A DNA stretch of 64,000 bases from Candidatus Gottesmanbacteria bacterium (GCA_023245355.1 JAHFKN010000002.1:72460-136459); one strand, 5' to 3'. Shown: positions 19,651-30,311, counted from the first letter of the stretch. Made by a program: numbers and translations. Notes: generated by a model from the sequence alone, not told the origin.

Positions 19651-20652
19651 ATGGCAACAGGGGGGCTGGCCTATTTAGCTAAACACAAAGCGGGAGCGAT
19701 TATTATTATCGAGGTGATCGTTATCGTGTTTATAGGCATTACTATTATAAACAAAAAATCACGTTCAGCCGTTTTGGACGCTGTCACGACATCGCCGATT
19801 CGCAAAGAATACCTTATCTTTCCCGAACAATCTGCACTCAAGTACTTTTATGAACTTAAGCCTGCTTCCGTGCAGACGGAGCACCCGGATTGGTTGCCGT
19901 ACGAGGCAACATACACATTTAACGCTGACGGCCTGAACGAACGGTATGACTATCCGATCACCAAACCCGCAGATACATTTCGAATTATTACCCTGGGTGA
20001 TTCATTTACCTTCGGGCACTATGTAAACACGAAAGACAACTGGACGGAAAAACTTGAAGATGACCTAAACGCTTCGTGCAAATCGTCTATGAAATATGAA
20101 GTAATTAATTTGGGTGTTTATGGATATGACATGCAATACTCTTTGGAGCGCTATCGGCTGCGGGGTGCAAAATATCAACCTGATTTCGTTATATGGCTTC
20201 TTCTCGGTGAGCGCATGAACGAACTCATGCGTCCGACCATAGACACGCTGGAGCGTACCATGACAGAGGTGGAAAAAAACCGTGCCCGAAAAAAAGGGGA
20301 CTACTCTCCCGAATGGACAGCTGCATTGCAGCAAATGATGCAACAATACACACCAAAACAAAGACTGGAACAGGAACGCGCCTTTATGCTCTCGTTTGAT
20401 GCTCTGTATAAAGGCCCGTTGCTATTTATGGTCCCGCCTGCGGTCGGTTTTGATTATAAAGCGCGGATAAAACTTCACTCGGCTGAGCGTCCCGACACAT
20501 ATTTCACCTCTCAACTCCCGGACCTCTCCCTCTCCGGAGGTCTGCTGCCTGACGGCCACCCAAACACATCGGGGCATGCGTCATACGCACATTTCCTGCG
20601 CACATACCTGAGCCGCATGAAACTGATACCGTGTACCCCGAACGTGAACTAA
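19651..20652 (+). CDS. Membrane-anchored SGNH/GDSL hydrolase (paralog)
   Basis: LGDSFTFGHYVNTKDNWTE shared with the divergent neighbour; DGHPN. Confidence 0.85.
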   Translation: MATGGLAYLAKHKAGAIIIIEVIVIVFIGITIINKKSRSAVLDAVTTSPIRKEYLIFPEQSALKYFYELKPASVQTEHPDWLPYEATYTFNADGLNERYDYPITKPADTFRIITLGDSFTFGHYVNTKDNWTEKLEDDLNASCKSSMKYEVINLGVYGYDMQYSLERYRLRGAKYQPDFVIWLLLGERMNELMRPTIDTLERTMTEVEKNRARKKGDYSPEWTAALQQMMQQYTPKQRLEQERAFMLSFDALYKGPLLFMVPPAVGFDYKARIKLHSAERPDTYFTSQLPDLSLSGGLLPDGHPNTSGHASYAHFLRTYLSRMKLIPCTPNVN

Positions 20653-22340
20653 CGTTTCGTTACCACAAGATTATTGAGAACTAATATGTCCATCCGTGAA
20701 TGCACGAAATCCTCAATGGCCTGTCGTGGGTGTTCGACAATCGGCTCTCCCATAACGTTAAAACTCGTATTGAGAATACAGGGGACACCGGTAAGGCGGT
20801 AATATTCTTTGATGAGCCGGTAATATCTGCCGTTATCTATGTTTACGGTCTGAATTCTGCAGGTATTATCTGCATGCACGATAGCAGCCAACTCATTCCG
20901 CTTTTTTTCCCGGACAACCAGACAGACATTCATGAACGGAGAGTAGTATTTCTTTTCCGGTGTATAAAAATACTCATGCACATGTTCCTGCAAGATGGAT
21001 CCTGCAAACGGCCGGAACTCTTCCCTGCGTTTTATTTTATTCATGTTGTCCTTCATAATCCGCGGGCTTGGCTTCGACAGAATCGAGCGCGCACCGAGCG
21101 CTCTCGGACCGAATTCCGTTTTTCCCCAAAACCACCCCACGATCTTTCCCTTTGAAAGTAGTGCCGCCACCTCCTGAATAAGGTCCTGCTCGGCGTCATA
21201 TATCCTGTACCGCAATCCCGGATATGTTTTCAGAACTGATTCCGCGCTTTCGTTACTGTACGACGAACCCGTATACAGTGAAGTTATCGGGGCGTTAACT
21301 TCCTTTTTTTGACCGTGCCGCATACCATAGAGTGCGGCACCCAGCGCCGCTCCGCTGTCGCCTGCAGCCCCTAAAATATGAACGTGTTTAAACGGTGTTC
21401 GCGTGTAAATTTTCCCGTTAGCCAGCGCATTGAGTGCCACACCTCCGCTCATACAAAGATTTGTCGTGTGCGTCAGGGAAAAAAGATGATGCAGCATCGC
21501 AAACAACAATTCTTCAACAACCTTCTGAATGCTGGCGGCAATATCTTTATGGCGTTGCTCAATTTTCCCGCCCGGTATTCGGGGCTGACCTAAAAGAGAA
21601 ATAAATTTGTCATTGAACATGCGGAATCCTTCGCGGAACGAAAAATACTCCATGTTAAGCCGGAAACTACCGTCGGGCTTCACCCGTATAAGGTGGTAGA
21701 TATCTTCAACATATTCCGGTGATCCGTATGCTGACAGTCCCATCACTTTATATTCGTCTTCATTCACTTTAAATCCCAAATACGCGGTAAAGGTAGAGTA
21801 GAGAAGACCGATGGAATGGGGAAAGTCTATGCGTGCAAGCGGTGACAGCGTCCCCCCGTCACCCTTCCATAACCCTGTGGTCTGATATTCACCGACGCCG
21901 TCGATCGTAAGAATTGCGGCGGTCTTAAAAAGAGAAGAATAATATGCCGCCGATGCATGACTCAGATGATGGGAAACAAAATATATGCGCTTCGTAAACC
22001 CGACATTTTTGCGGATAATATCCTCCACGTTTATTTTTTGCCCGAGCCAATCGGGAATTGCCTGCAAAAACGGCTTGAGTGCGAACGGATATGTTTCGAC
22101 GAATGTTTCCAGTAGCCGTTCAAATTTTCTGAGAGGCTTTTCATAATACGCCACGGCATCTATGTCATCGATAGTCAACCCCACGGAATCCAGACAATAT
22201 TGTATCGCCTTAAACGGGAACTGGTTGTCGTGTTTTACCCTGGAGAACCGTTCCTCTTCTATGGCGGATATCAGTTTCCCGTCAATAAAAAGTGCGGCTG
22301 CGCTGTCATGATAAAAAGAGGAAACGCCGAGAATTTTCAT
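20649..22340 (-). CDS. Carbamoyltransferase (NodU/CmcH/SxtI family)
   Basis: HDSAAAL, EEERFSRVKH, HH.SHA, GGVALN, EFGPRALG, LNTSFN. Confidence 0.95.
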   Translation of the reverse strand: MKILGVSSFYHDSAAALFIDGKLISAIEEERFSRVKHDNQFPFKAIQYCLDSVGLTIDDIDAVAYYEKPLRKFERLLETFVETYPFALKPFLQAIPDWLGQKINVEDIIRKNVGFTKRIYFVSHHLSHASAAYYSSLFKTAAILTIDGVGEYQTTGLWKGDGGTLSPLARIDFPHSIGLLYSTFTAYLGFKVNEDEYKVMGLSAYGSPEYVEDIYHLIRVKPDGSFRLNMEYFSFREGFRMFNDKFISLLGQPRIPGGKIEQRHKDIAASIQKVVEELLFAMLHHLFSLTHTTNLCMSGGVALNALANGKIYTRTPFKHVHILGAAGDSGAALGAALYGMRHGQKKEVNAPITSLYTGSSYSNESAESVLKTYPGLRYRIYDAEQDLIQEVAALLSKGKIVGWFWGKTEFGPRALGARSILSKPSPRIMKDNMNKIKRREEFRPFAGSILQEHVHEYFYTPEKKYYSPFMNVCLVVREKKRNELAAIVHADNTCRIQTVNIDNGRYYRLIKEYYRLTGVPCILNTSFNVMGEPIVEHPRQAIEDFVHSRMDILVLNNLVVTKR

Positions 22341-22342
22341 GA

Positions 22343-22531
22343 TTAATATGCGGAAAATACATCATCCGGAATCCGTCGTTTCGTCTCATATACCCAATAT
22401 GAATCCTTCTTTGTCTCTTTCGGTGCGCTGAACATGTATATAAGCCGGGCCAAACCGACACCAATACCGTAGACACCTATCAGTACAAAAGAGATGAACC
22501 ATGCGTTTAGCCGCTTGAAAAGCGCGATCAT
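22343..22531 (-). CDS. Small membrane protein, SxtJ-like
   Basis: 62 aa from ATG overlapping previous stop (ATGA); TM plus SYW motif; next to carbamoyltransferase. Confidence 0.6.
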   Translation of the reverse strand: MIALFKRLNAWFISFVLIGVYGIGVGLARLIYMFSAPKETKKDSYWVYETKRRIPDDVFSAY

Positions 22532-22680
22532 AATATGGGGTACAAAAATACCGGCAGGGGAGAAATCTGCGCACTTATAATGAGGAGTGCAACAATAACA
22601 ATAAACAGTATGATAGGGATCATCCACATTTTTTTGGATTTGCCTGCAAGTGATATGAGCTGTTTTAACGATGAAAACAT
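22528..22680 (-). CDS. 50-aa DUF5989/SxtK-like membrane peptide (not in ORF track)
   Basis: Translated by hand: MFSSLKQLISLAGKSKKMWMIPIILFIVIVALLIISAQISPLPVFLYPIL; KK.W..P-TM-F.Y pattern; TATACT 6 nt upstream. Confidence 0.75.
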   Translation of the reverse strand: MFSSLKQLISLAGKSKKMWMIPIILFIVIVALLIISAQISPLPVFLYPIL

Positions 22681-22706
22681 AATGAAAGTATAGTATCCAA
22701 TTCTGT

Positions 22707-23717
22707 TTAGGCGCGCAATAGACGCCGGATAAATACGCGCATCCGGTCAAAAAATTTCACCGGCTGCTTTGATACCTCCTTCGCCGACTGCAAAAACCAC
22801 GTGTGCATCTCCTGTTTGGAAATATACGGCGAAGAACGGGCGCGTAACGCAGAATAGGATGATCTGATCATCTTCCGCAAAATTCCAAGTCCCACGGCAG
22901 GTGTTATGACAATACGCAAAATAATGTGGAGCCATATACGCGGCAGGTTATAAACAATCAAATCGGAAATATACGCATTTTTCAGTATGCAGAGAAAACG
23001 GTTTGCCAACACCTCTGCCTCAAGAGAACGGGGGAACATGCCTCCCGGGTGACTGATCACGGCAGCCGGTTCATACCAACAACGCAGACCATGAAGCTGC
23101 CCTCTCCAATCGATATCAACATCTTCATAATACATGAATAGCTCCGGATCAAAAAAATTTCCGTTCACGGAAAGCGTGCGGACCATCGAACCGCGGTATA
23201 GTGCGGCCGCGCCTGGGGCTCCGAATACTTCTCTTGGTGCAGAAAACTGCCCGCGGTCAACAATTCCATATCCGATATTAAACGCGTATCCATCCCGCTG
23301 CAGTGCATGTCCCACGCTATAAAGAACCCGTGTGCCCGTATTCTTATACAATTTTCCGGTGACCCAGGAGGCTGAATGTTTTTTACTGGCACGGACAAGG
23401 TGCGCAAAACAATCCGGCTCCGGCAACGCATCAGGATTTAACGCGACGTAATAATCATTATCACGAAGGCGCAGGGAACGGAGGATGGCGTTATGTCCTC
23501 CTCCGAAACCCAGATTTACCCGGCTTCGTATAAATACCGCCCTTTTGGGGTATCGTTTCATAACACTGACGATGGAATCGGAAGAATTATTGTCCAGCAC
23601 GACTACATGGATATCCACGCTGCGCTGATGAAAAATGGCAGACAAACAGCGCGCGATAAGCACTGCGCTGTTATACGTCACGATACCCACATATACCCGG
23701 GGGAAGCGGCGATTCAT
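22707..23717 (-). CDS. GT2 glycosyltransferase
   Basis: IVTYNS, DNNSSD, NLGFGGG.N, LNPD, FMYYEDVD. Confidence 0.9.
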   Translation of the reverse strand: MNRRFPRVYVGIVTYNSAVLIARCLSAIFHQRSVDIHVVVLDNNSSDSIVSVMKRYPKRAVFIRSRVNLGFGGGHNAILRSLRLRDNDYYVALNPDALPEPDCFAHLVRASKKHSASWVTGKLYKNTGTRVLYSVGHALQRDGYAFNIGYGIVDRGQFSAPREVFGAPGAAALYRGSMVRTLSVNGNFFDPELFMYYEDVDIDWRGQLHGLRCWYEPAAVISHPGGMFPRSLEAEVLANRFLCILKNAYISDLIVYNLPRIWLHIILRIVITPAVGLGILRKMIRSSYSALRARSSPYISKQEMHTWFLQSAKEVSKQPVKFFDRMRVFIRRLLRA

Positions 23718-24694
23718 ATCCTCCTCCACGGAAACCATTGTGCCATATACCCCACATCCGCCTTCCGTGAGCGCTGGATTACTGCCCGTTTGACTAGCAA
23801 CTTCGGAATGTTTATCATAACGAGCCAATACGACAGAAGAGACTCGCGCTCCCGGAGCAGAACATACAAAAATATTCCCAGATCATAAAAAACAATCCAC
23901 GGTAAATCCCGAATCCAGAGAAGAGCCGTATCGTTTTTTACGATCAGGTAATATCTGTTCCGCAGCGCCGCTATTCGGAGCCCGGATGCAACAATGGTCC
24001 GCCGCCCCGGGCGGAATGTCCTGATATGATAACCGACCGCACTTGGCACAAATACGGATTTCCATCCCCGCAACTGAGCCCGCCAGCATACATCAACATC
24101 CTCTTTGTGCATAAAAAAGTCCTCATCAAATACACCGTTGCCCAATGAAATATCTTGTAGCATGGTCCGTCGGTAAAACGCGGCTGATCCGTCAGGCCCG
24201 AATATATGCTCTGGTGCCATCGCGGCATGTTGTATACGGACACCTGCCCGCCGAAGATTTTGACGCCGGGCCGCATTCATATACACCCCCATGCTGTCGA
24301 CGGTGTTCGACTTCTCTCCTAAATGCTCAACCCGGTATAGCAGCCCCTGAGCAGATCCGGTATCCCGGGGCTCTTTATCCATTGCTTCCACCAAATTGCC
24401 GACAAAATCCCGATCAAGTGTTATATCAGGATTGAGTGTTAACACATAGTCGCTTTTGAAACGCAGGATTCCGGTATTATGGGCGGCGGCATATCCGATA
24501 TTTTCAGGAAGTGACACCAGTCTGACCCCGAGACGCTTCACGATCGCTTGAGTATTGTCTGACGATGCGTTATCGATAACGACAAAGAAAATTCCCGGGT
24601 ACCGCTGCTTCAGCACCGAAGATATGCAGGCTTTAATTGTATGCGCACTGTTATATGTGACCGTTTGAATGACAACACGCGCTGCATGTTTCAT
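23714..24694 (-). CDS. GT2 glycosyltransferase
   Basis: VTYNS, DNASSD, LNPD, FMHKEDVD. Confidence 0.9.
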   Translation of the reverse strand: MKHAARVVIQTVTYNSAHTIKACISSVLKQRYPGIFFVVIDNASSDNTQAIVKRLGVRLVSLPENIGYAAAHNTGILRFKSDYVLTLNPDITLDRDFVGNLVEAMDKEPRDTGSAQGLLYRVEHLGEKSNTVDSMGVYMNAARRQNLRRAGVRIQHAAMAPEHIFGPDGSAAFYRRTMLQDISLGNGVFDEDFFMHKEDVDVCWRAQLRGWKSVFVPSAVGYHIRTFRPGRRTIVASGLRIAALRNRYYLIVKNDTALLWIRDLPWIVFYDLGIFLYVLLRERESLLSYWLVMINIPKLLVKRAVIQRSRKADVGYMAQWFPWRRI

Positions 24695-25986
24695 GATGTA
24701 TTACGCATCGGAGCAATCCACCTATACGAAGTTATTCCGATAAATAACAGATACGCGATATTCTGCGGATACATATTTTCAAACTGTATAAACAGAACGA
24801 TCGCAACGTACGCTGCTCCCAGCGTTATTGCAAAAATATGATCCACAAGCCCCAGCGTTGATCGGAAAACCAGATGATACAGACGCTTACCGATAAAATA
24901 CACAAGAAACAAATAGCTCAACAGCCCGACTATTCCGGTTTCCGCTAACACGGTAAAAAATTCGTTATGTGCGGCAATCGGCACGGGGAAAGGCTCAAAC
25001 TGATCAAAACCGGAGTAATACTGCATATGCGGAAACGGCCACACCACAGAATAATAATTTCCAAACCCGGCGCCGAACAGGGGGTATGCCTGAAATACCG
25101 TCAGGGCCTGATTGTACAGAGTAACCCTCCCGAGGGATTCCGTGATATCACGGTGGGCATCTTTGAGGAGAAAACGGTCTAACAGATTGTACCCAAACAC
25201 AAAGTGCGCAACGGTTATCCCCACAAAAAATGTAAGAACGACGCTCAGCGCGACATAGTATGTTTTTTTTGCGGACAGCAGCTTGTTCCGATAAATATAT
25301 AAAAAATAACCGGCAGAAACCGCCAAAAACACCACGAATAACCACCTGAAATTAGAAACTGCCATCACCGCAAATATCGCAACATACCCGTATGCAATAT
25401 AAAAAGTCGTCCAAAATCTGCTCTTCCACGGGAGCAGCAGCGTGGAAGCGTAAAAAAACGGAAATATAAATATCAGGGCACCCCAATGAAGCAACCTCCC
25501 GCGGTTAAACTCTATTGCGATTCCGTAGGCAGACCGGCCGCGCAAAAATTCTTTCGCTATCATATTCATGACATCAGGAAACATTGTCTGCATCCATCCA
25601 AGCGTTGCGATGCACACCGCCAACACTCCCAGGATATGGATACCTATCCGCTTTTGCCCCGCGGTAGGCCGGAGATCTCCTGCCATCAGAAACAGCGCAA
25701 CCCCGGACAACAACAATTTAAGAGGAGTAGTGTCCTGAATTGTTTTTGTAAAAGCCAACGACAACAAAACGGCCGTTACATATCCTAATACCGCATAATG
25801 GACTGGCTCCCATGACTCCCGCGACAACCATGATTGTTTTCTGCCGCGGAAAATCATCATCAGGATGATGCCGCCGGTTCCGATTGCAGTCATGAGCCCG
25901 ATGCTGGTCCGCGGACGAAGCGGGGCTGGAAGGGTAAACACAAACAGGACGGACAACATTGTCAACGCAAGCGTTGCTCCGTACAT
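24691..25986 (-). CDS. O-antigen ligase (Wzy_C) family membrane protein
   Basis: Multi-TM; R..LY..A..PLFGAGFGNY, AHNEF..LAETG; start uncertain. Confidence 0.8.
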   Translation of the reverse strand: MYGATLALTMLSVLFVFTLPAPLRPRTSIGLMTAIGTGGIILMMIFRGRKQSWLSRESWEPVHYAVLGYVTAVLLSLAFTKTIQDTTPLKLLLSGVALFLMAGDLRPTAGQKRIGIHILGVLAVCIATLGWMQTMFPDVMNMIAKEFLRGRSAYGIAIEFNRGRLLHWGALIFIFPFFYASTLLLPWKSRFWTTFYIAYGYVAIFAVMAVSNFRWLFVVFLAVSAGYFLYIYRNKLLSAKKTYYVALSVVLTFFVGITVAHFVFGYNLLDRFLLKDAHRDITESLGRVTLYNQALTVFQAYPLFGAGFGNYYSVVWPFPHMQYYSGFDQFEPFPVPIAAHNEFFTVLAETGIVGLLSYLFLVYFIGKRLYHLVFRSTLGLVDHIFAITLGAAYVAIVLFIQFENMYPQNIAYLLFIGITSYRWIAPMRNTS

Positions 25987-26068
25987 TATTGTCGGATAAT
26001 ACCCGCTCAGATATAATCTATCGGTAACACGGCGGGCGCCGTTATATATGCCGATACATATCCGCTGC

Positions 26069-26749
26069 ATGATAGATCTTAAAGCCATAAATAAAACTCT
26101 GGGCAGAAAACTCATTTTATCAAATGTATCACTTTCCGTACGCCCCGGCGAGATTGTCGGCATAGCCGGACCGGTAGGAGCAGGTAAATCAACACTGCTT
26201 AACATATGCAACGGGCTTATCAGTCCGGACAGTGGATTCGTCACGATTATAAATCTGCCTATGCAGACAAACCAACAACAGATTCTGCAGCATATAAATT
26301 ATGCCTCCTCCAGTCAGCGGCTCAGCGGATACGCTACCGTTATGGAAAATCTTGCGACGTACGCGCTGCTCTACGAGGTGCCCGATGCAAAAATCCGTCT
26401 TGCTTCTTTCTTCGAGCATTTCGGTGTTCCGGCAGGACTTCTTCACAAAAAAATTTACCGTCTGTCCTCAGGGGAAAACTCGCTCGTGAATCTGGCAAAG
26501 GCGCTCCTCAACAATCCAAACGTCTTATTGTTAGATGAAATCACTGCTCACATGGACCCCATTCTCACGGCGCGTGTTCACAAATTTCTGAAAAAAAGAA
26601 ACACTGCGGAATTTGTTACTATGCTCGTATCACAAAACACAAAGGAGCTGCAGAGCTTCTGCTCACGTTTGATTGTGTTGTCACATGGCAGAATTGTTTA
26701 TAACGGAAAACCTCTTTCCCCGGCCCGGATCAAAACGTATTATGCATAA
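26069..26749 (+). CDS. ABC transporter ATP-binding protein
   Basis: GPVGAGKST, LSSGE, LLLDE; Gln at H-loop position (VSQ). Confidence 0.85.
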   Translation: MIDLKAINKTLGRKLILSNVSLSVRPGEIVGIAGPVGAGKSTLLNICNGLISPDSGFVTIINLPMQTNQQQILQHINYASSSQRLSGYATVMENLATYALLYEVPDAKIRLASFFEHFGVPAGLLHKKIYRLSSGENSLVNLAKALLNNPNVLLLDEITAHMDPILTARVHKFLKKRNTAEFVTMLVSQNTKELQSFCSRLIVLSHGRIVYNGKPLSPARIKTYYA

Positions 26750-27536
26750 ATTCTCTCTAACAAGAATTGCCGGGCTATATGTTCATTATCTCAACTCAAT
26801 GAGGCGCAATCCTGCGCGCATCATAGAAATTCTTGTTTGGCCGGGAATAGAAGTTGTCCTGTTCGCGGTACTGGCCTCTTCACAACACGGAAAGGCACCT
26901 GACTCGGCGAGTATAACCCTCAGCATCCTTACCGGCATAGTATTCTGGAACTGTACCGCGCGGGTAATTCAGGAAACAACCGCGCAGTTTACGGACGATT
27001 TCACCTCAAAAAATATCCAGAGCCTGCTTATCACACCCATCAGACTGAGCGAGCTGCTTATCGGTATCACCGCCGCATCAATATCAAAAATAATTCTGTC
27101 GTTAAGCGCGCTTTCGGTACTATTAAGTCTCATCTATCCGTCTTTCTTTGACACGTTCGGGCCGCACGTCTTCCTTTGGGTGCTCCAGTTGGAGCTTGTC
27201 GGCGTGGCACTTTCGTATGTGAGTATTGCCGCTGTCAGCATTTTCGGTGAGCGCGTCGGGTTTATGGGGTGGATGATAAGCACGGTATTACAAATATTTT
27301 CGCTGGTGTTTTATGAACGGGCTGCGCTGCCCCCGGCTTTACGCGCGATTTCCTACGCAGTTCCTTCGTCATATATTTTTGAGGCAATCCGGTCGTACGC
27401 GCCGGGAACACCGGTGTTTTCGCAGCCGCAGGCGGTGACGCTTTTCTTGAGCATCGGCTATGCGGCAGCCGGCATATTTTTCGTCGCGATGGCATTCCGC
27501 TTGGCAAAACATCTTGGTACGTTTGCAAAAATATGA
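26742..27536 (+). CDS. ABC-2 type transporter permease
   Basis: About six TM segments; LP..LR.IS..P.SY.FEAIR. Confidence 0.8.
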   Translation: MHKFSLTRIAGLYVHYLNSMRRNPARIIEILVWPGIEVVLFAVLASSQHGKAPDSASITLSILTGIVFWNCTARVIQETTAQFTDDFTSKNIQSLLITPIRLSELLIGITAASISKIILSLSALSVLLSLIYPSFFDTFGPHVFLWVLQLELVGVALSYVSIAAVSIFGERVGFMGWMISTVLQIFSLVFYERAALPPALRAISYAVPSSYIFEAIRSYAPGTPVFSQPQAVTLFLSIGYAAAGIFFVAMAFRLAKHLGTFAKI

Positions 27537-28714
27537 ATCACCCGGCACGCCCCCTTCATGTGCTTCACACGGAAAGTATCTACTCCAGAGGGGGAGAGAA
27601 ATACCTGTTTGAACTACTCAAAAGGGTAAAGCAAACGCACAGCGTGCATTTATATCTGCACCGTATAAGTCCTCATTGGCGTAATCAGTACAAAAATAAT
27701 AATATTTCCGTCACCATGCTTTGGACGCCGCAGAGGCTATTCTGGCTCCTGCTTCCGATAACACTGTTTATTAACTTTTTACAGCTCAAAAAAACAATTA
27801 AAAAAACGGACGTGCTTTTCGCCACAAACTTTCCCATGAATTTCCTTTCCGTTCTTATTTCCGCCAGGGCGATCTGTCACTGCTTTGAACCGCTGGCAAT
27901 CTTCTACGACCCTGTCAGGATAGCCTCTCTTTCACCTTTTTCCCGTTTTTGTGTGGCAGTCGCTAAACTGCTGTACGCACCGCTGGACAGGTGGGCGTAC
28001 GCCAAATCCGCCGTACTGACGGCGCTCGGCCCCTCAGTTGAACCGTATATTATTGAAACGTACCGAAGAAAGCCGGACCTGTATCTTCCGAACGGCGTTG
28101 ACTGCAGGTTTTTTTCATACGCAGCGCATGCCCCCGTCCGTACCCATCGCCCCTTTGTGCTCGGACACAGCACGGACTATACGATTTTTAAAGGGACACA
28201 GGATTTTTTGTCCATTATCGCGTACCTCAAAAAAACCGGACTCCCTGTCATCGCGCGTATCTCTGAAAGCATCCCTGACGAGGAGACAAAGAAAAAGTAC
28301 GTAACGTACATAAAACGTCACACAATAGAACATATGGTTGAGTTTGCCGGCGCTGTCGCTGAGCGTCGTTTGCCTGACTTTTACCGCTCGCTCGATTTTT
28401 TTATATATACCGGCTCTCCGGAATGCGCAGGGGGATCAACGGCAAGCCTGTCTGTATTGGAAGCACAGTCCTGCGGCACACCCGTTATCAGAAGCAGGGG
28501 AGATGACCATGAAATTATCGATGGTGTGACAGGATATTACATCGATCCTCATAATCATGAAGAAAGCGGTAAAATACTTACTAAAGCACTTCGCCTGTCA
28601 AAAAGCGGCAAATACAAAATGAGGGCGGCATCCCGAAAATATATTTACTCGCGTTTTGACTGGGACACGACAGGAAACATACTGACCCGGGCAATCCGGC
28701 ATCTTGAGATATGA
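27533..28714 (+). CDS. GT4 glycosyltransferase
   Basis: GGEK, PNGVD, LEAQSCGTPVI, DG.TG, FDW. Confidence 0.85.
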   Translation: MNHPARPLHVLHTESIYSRGGEKYLFELLKRVKQTHSVHLYLHRISPHWRNQYKNNNISVTMLWTPQRLFWLLLPITLFINFLQLKKTIKKTDVLFATNFPMNFLSVLISARAICHCFEPLAIFYDPVRIASLSPFSRFCVAVAKLLYAPLDRWAYAKSAVLTALGPSVEPYIIETYRRKPDLYLPNGVDCRFFSYAAHAPVRTHRPFVLGHSTDYTIFKGTQDFLSIIAYLKKTGLPVIARISESIPDEETKKKYVTYIKRHTIEHMVEFAGAVAERRLPDFYRSLDFFIYTGSPECAGGSTASLSVLEAQSCGTPVIRSRGDDHEIIDGVTGYYIDPHNHEESGKILTKALRLSKSGKYKMRAASRKYIYSRFDWDTTGNILTRAIRHLEI

Positions 28715-29496
28715 AGCAACAATATTCCGGCGCCACATTTTCTAAAACCGCTCCGTATTACGACGTAATTTACGGCGGGAGAAACACAGAACATGACGCG
28801 CGGATTATTATCCGCCACCTGTCTTATGCTCTTTCACACATAAAACACCCGCGCCTGCTGGATTTAGGGTGCGGCACCGGCGCACACGATGTTGAATTTT
28901 GGCGGGGGGGATACGACGTAACAGGGGTTGATAAGTCAGATGCCATGATCAGAGAGGCGGAAAAAAAGGCGGCGGCGGCACACGCAAACATCTCTTACGT
29001 TACACGTGATTTTCTGTCGTATGCTCCGGCTGTCCGCTATGACGCTGCGGTTTCGCTTTTTGACGTGTTAAGCTATATGACGACAAATGAGCAGGTGACG
29101 GCATATTTCTCCGCAGTATCAACACTCCTCAAGCCGAACGGTGTGTTTATGTTTGATTGTTGGTATGGTCCGGGCGTTTTACTTTCGCAACCGAAAATTA
29201 TAAAACGGTCATATCAATCCGCGGACTTCACCGTCATACGAACGAAGACTCCCTCTGTCTCATACGAAAACAATACGGTTACGGTCCGTCATGCATTAAC
29301 CATAGAAAAAGAGGGGAAAGCGGTGAGCCGTTTTCGTGAAGATCACATACTCCGGTATTTCTTCTACCCGGAAATTAAACAGTTTGCCGAAAAAGCAGGG
29401 CTTCGCATAACATCCTGGGGTTTATTGGATTTCCCATTACGGAAAGCCCCTCCCGCCTCGTGGAGCGTGTATTTTGCAGCGCGGAAAATGCCTTAA
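28711..29496 (+). CDS. Class I SAM methyltransferase
   Basis: YYD.IY, LLDLGCGTG, GVD.S..M, LKPNG.F.FD. Confidence 0.9.
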   Translation: MKQQYSGATFSKTAPYYDVIYGGRNTEHDARIIIRHLSYALSHIKHPRLLDLGCGTGAHDVEFWRGGYDVTGVDKSDAMIREAEKKAAAAHANISYVTRDFLSYAPAVRYDAAVSLFDVLSYMTTNEQVTAYFSAVSTLLKPNGVFMFDCWYGPGVLLSQPKIIKRSYQSADFTVIRTKTPSVSYENNTVTVRHALTIEKEGKAVSRFREDHILRYFFYPEIKQFAEKAGLRITSWGLLDFPLRKAPPASWSVYFAARKMP

Positions 29497-30311
29497 GGAG
29501 CTGGCTGCGCACTCATGATATTCACCTCAATTGCGGTAGACGGAAACTGAATACGCATCTTGGTCCCTATGGAAACCGGCTGATAATAATTAAAGTAGCG
29601 CATATCGCCGTCTTTCATGACGCGCAACTTCATGGTTACCGTTACATCCCTGTAGTTCGGATCTTTCCGAAGCAGCGTCTCACCGGTCCACGTTGTTGTC
29701 GTCATATCTGCAAACTCCGAGTTCTTCTCCAGCACTTCAGCAACCAAATCACCCTTATTATCGACGACCTTGTCCCCGACGTGTATCGCGTCGGACTCCC
29801 AACTTTTTATCCTCTGTGCCCGACCGGTCAATACTATATATTCAGTATCCCAAAGCTTACCCACCCCTTCAATTCCGACAACATTCCCGACAAGAGCTAT
29901 GCTGTTCGGTGCCAAATGAATCGTTTTACCGATCTGCAATGATTCCTGACGGAACATGTACTCCTTCGTAAGATAGTTGTACTTTGCGCTCAACCTCACT
30001 TTCATCCACATAAACTTCCGGTTATCCTCGCTGTACTTTACAAGGTCCAATATTTCTGCCGTCGGTTTTTTAAAGGTGTCATACTCTTTGGCGCCGATAA
30101 CTATGCCTTTTGCGTTCCAATAGAACGGAGGGGGAACGCCCCACCACCATTCGCCCCCGGCTGCAAGTAGCTCAACCGTCACGTATGTGTCTTTTTGCAA
30201 TACAATTTTTACGACCACTCCGACGGCAGCCAACACTGCGATAATACAAACAAGGATAACAACATCAATTTTGGTGATAAACGTTTTGCGCTGGTTCGGT
30301 GCAATTTTCAT
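29493..30311 (-). CDS. Membrane-anchored beta-rich hypothetical protein (DUF4330-like, two similar halves)
   Basis: N-terminal ID..I TM anchor; two repeats of G...AE[IV]L...[LV].IG. Confidence 0.45.
   Translation of the reverse strand: MKIAPNQRKTFITKIDVVILVCIIAVLAAVGVVVKIVLQKDTYVTVELLAAGGEWWWGVPPPFYWNAKGIVIGAKEYDTFKKPTAEILDLVKYSEDNRKFMWMKVRLSAKYNYLTKEYMFRQESLQIGKTIHLAPNSIALVGNVVGIEGVGKLWDTEYIVLTGRAQRIKSWESDAIHVGDKVVDNKGDLVAEVLEKNSEFADMTTTTWTGETLLRKDPNYRDVTVTMKLRVMKDGDMRYFNYYQPVSIGTKMRIQFPSTAIEVNIMSAQPAP

Noticed and set aside
18557-22680. Saxitoxin or Nod-factor biosynthesis
   Set aside because: No sxtA/G or nodABC; these families are common in polysaccharide loci
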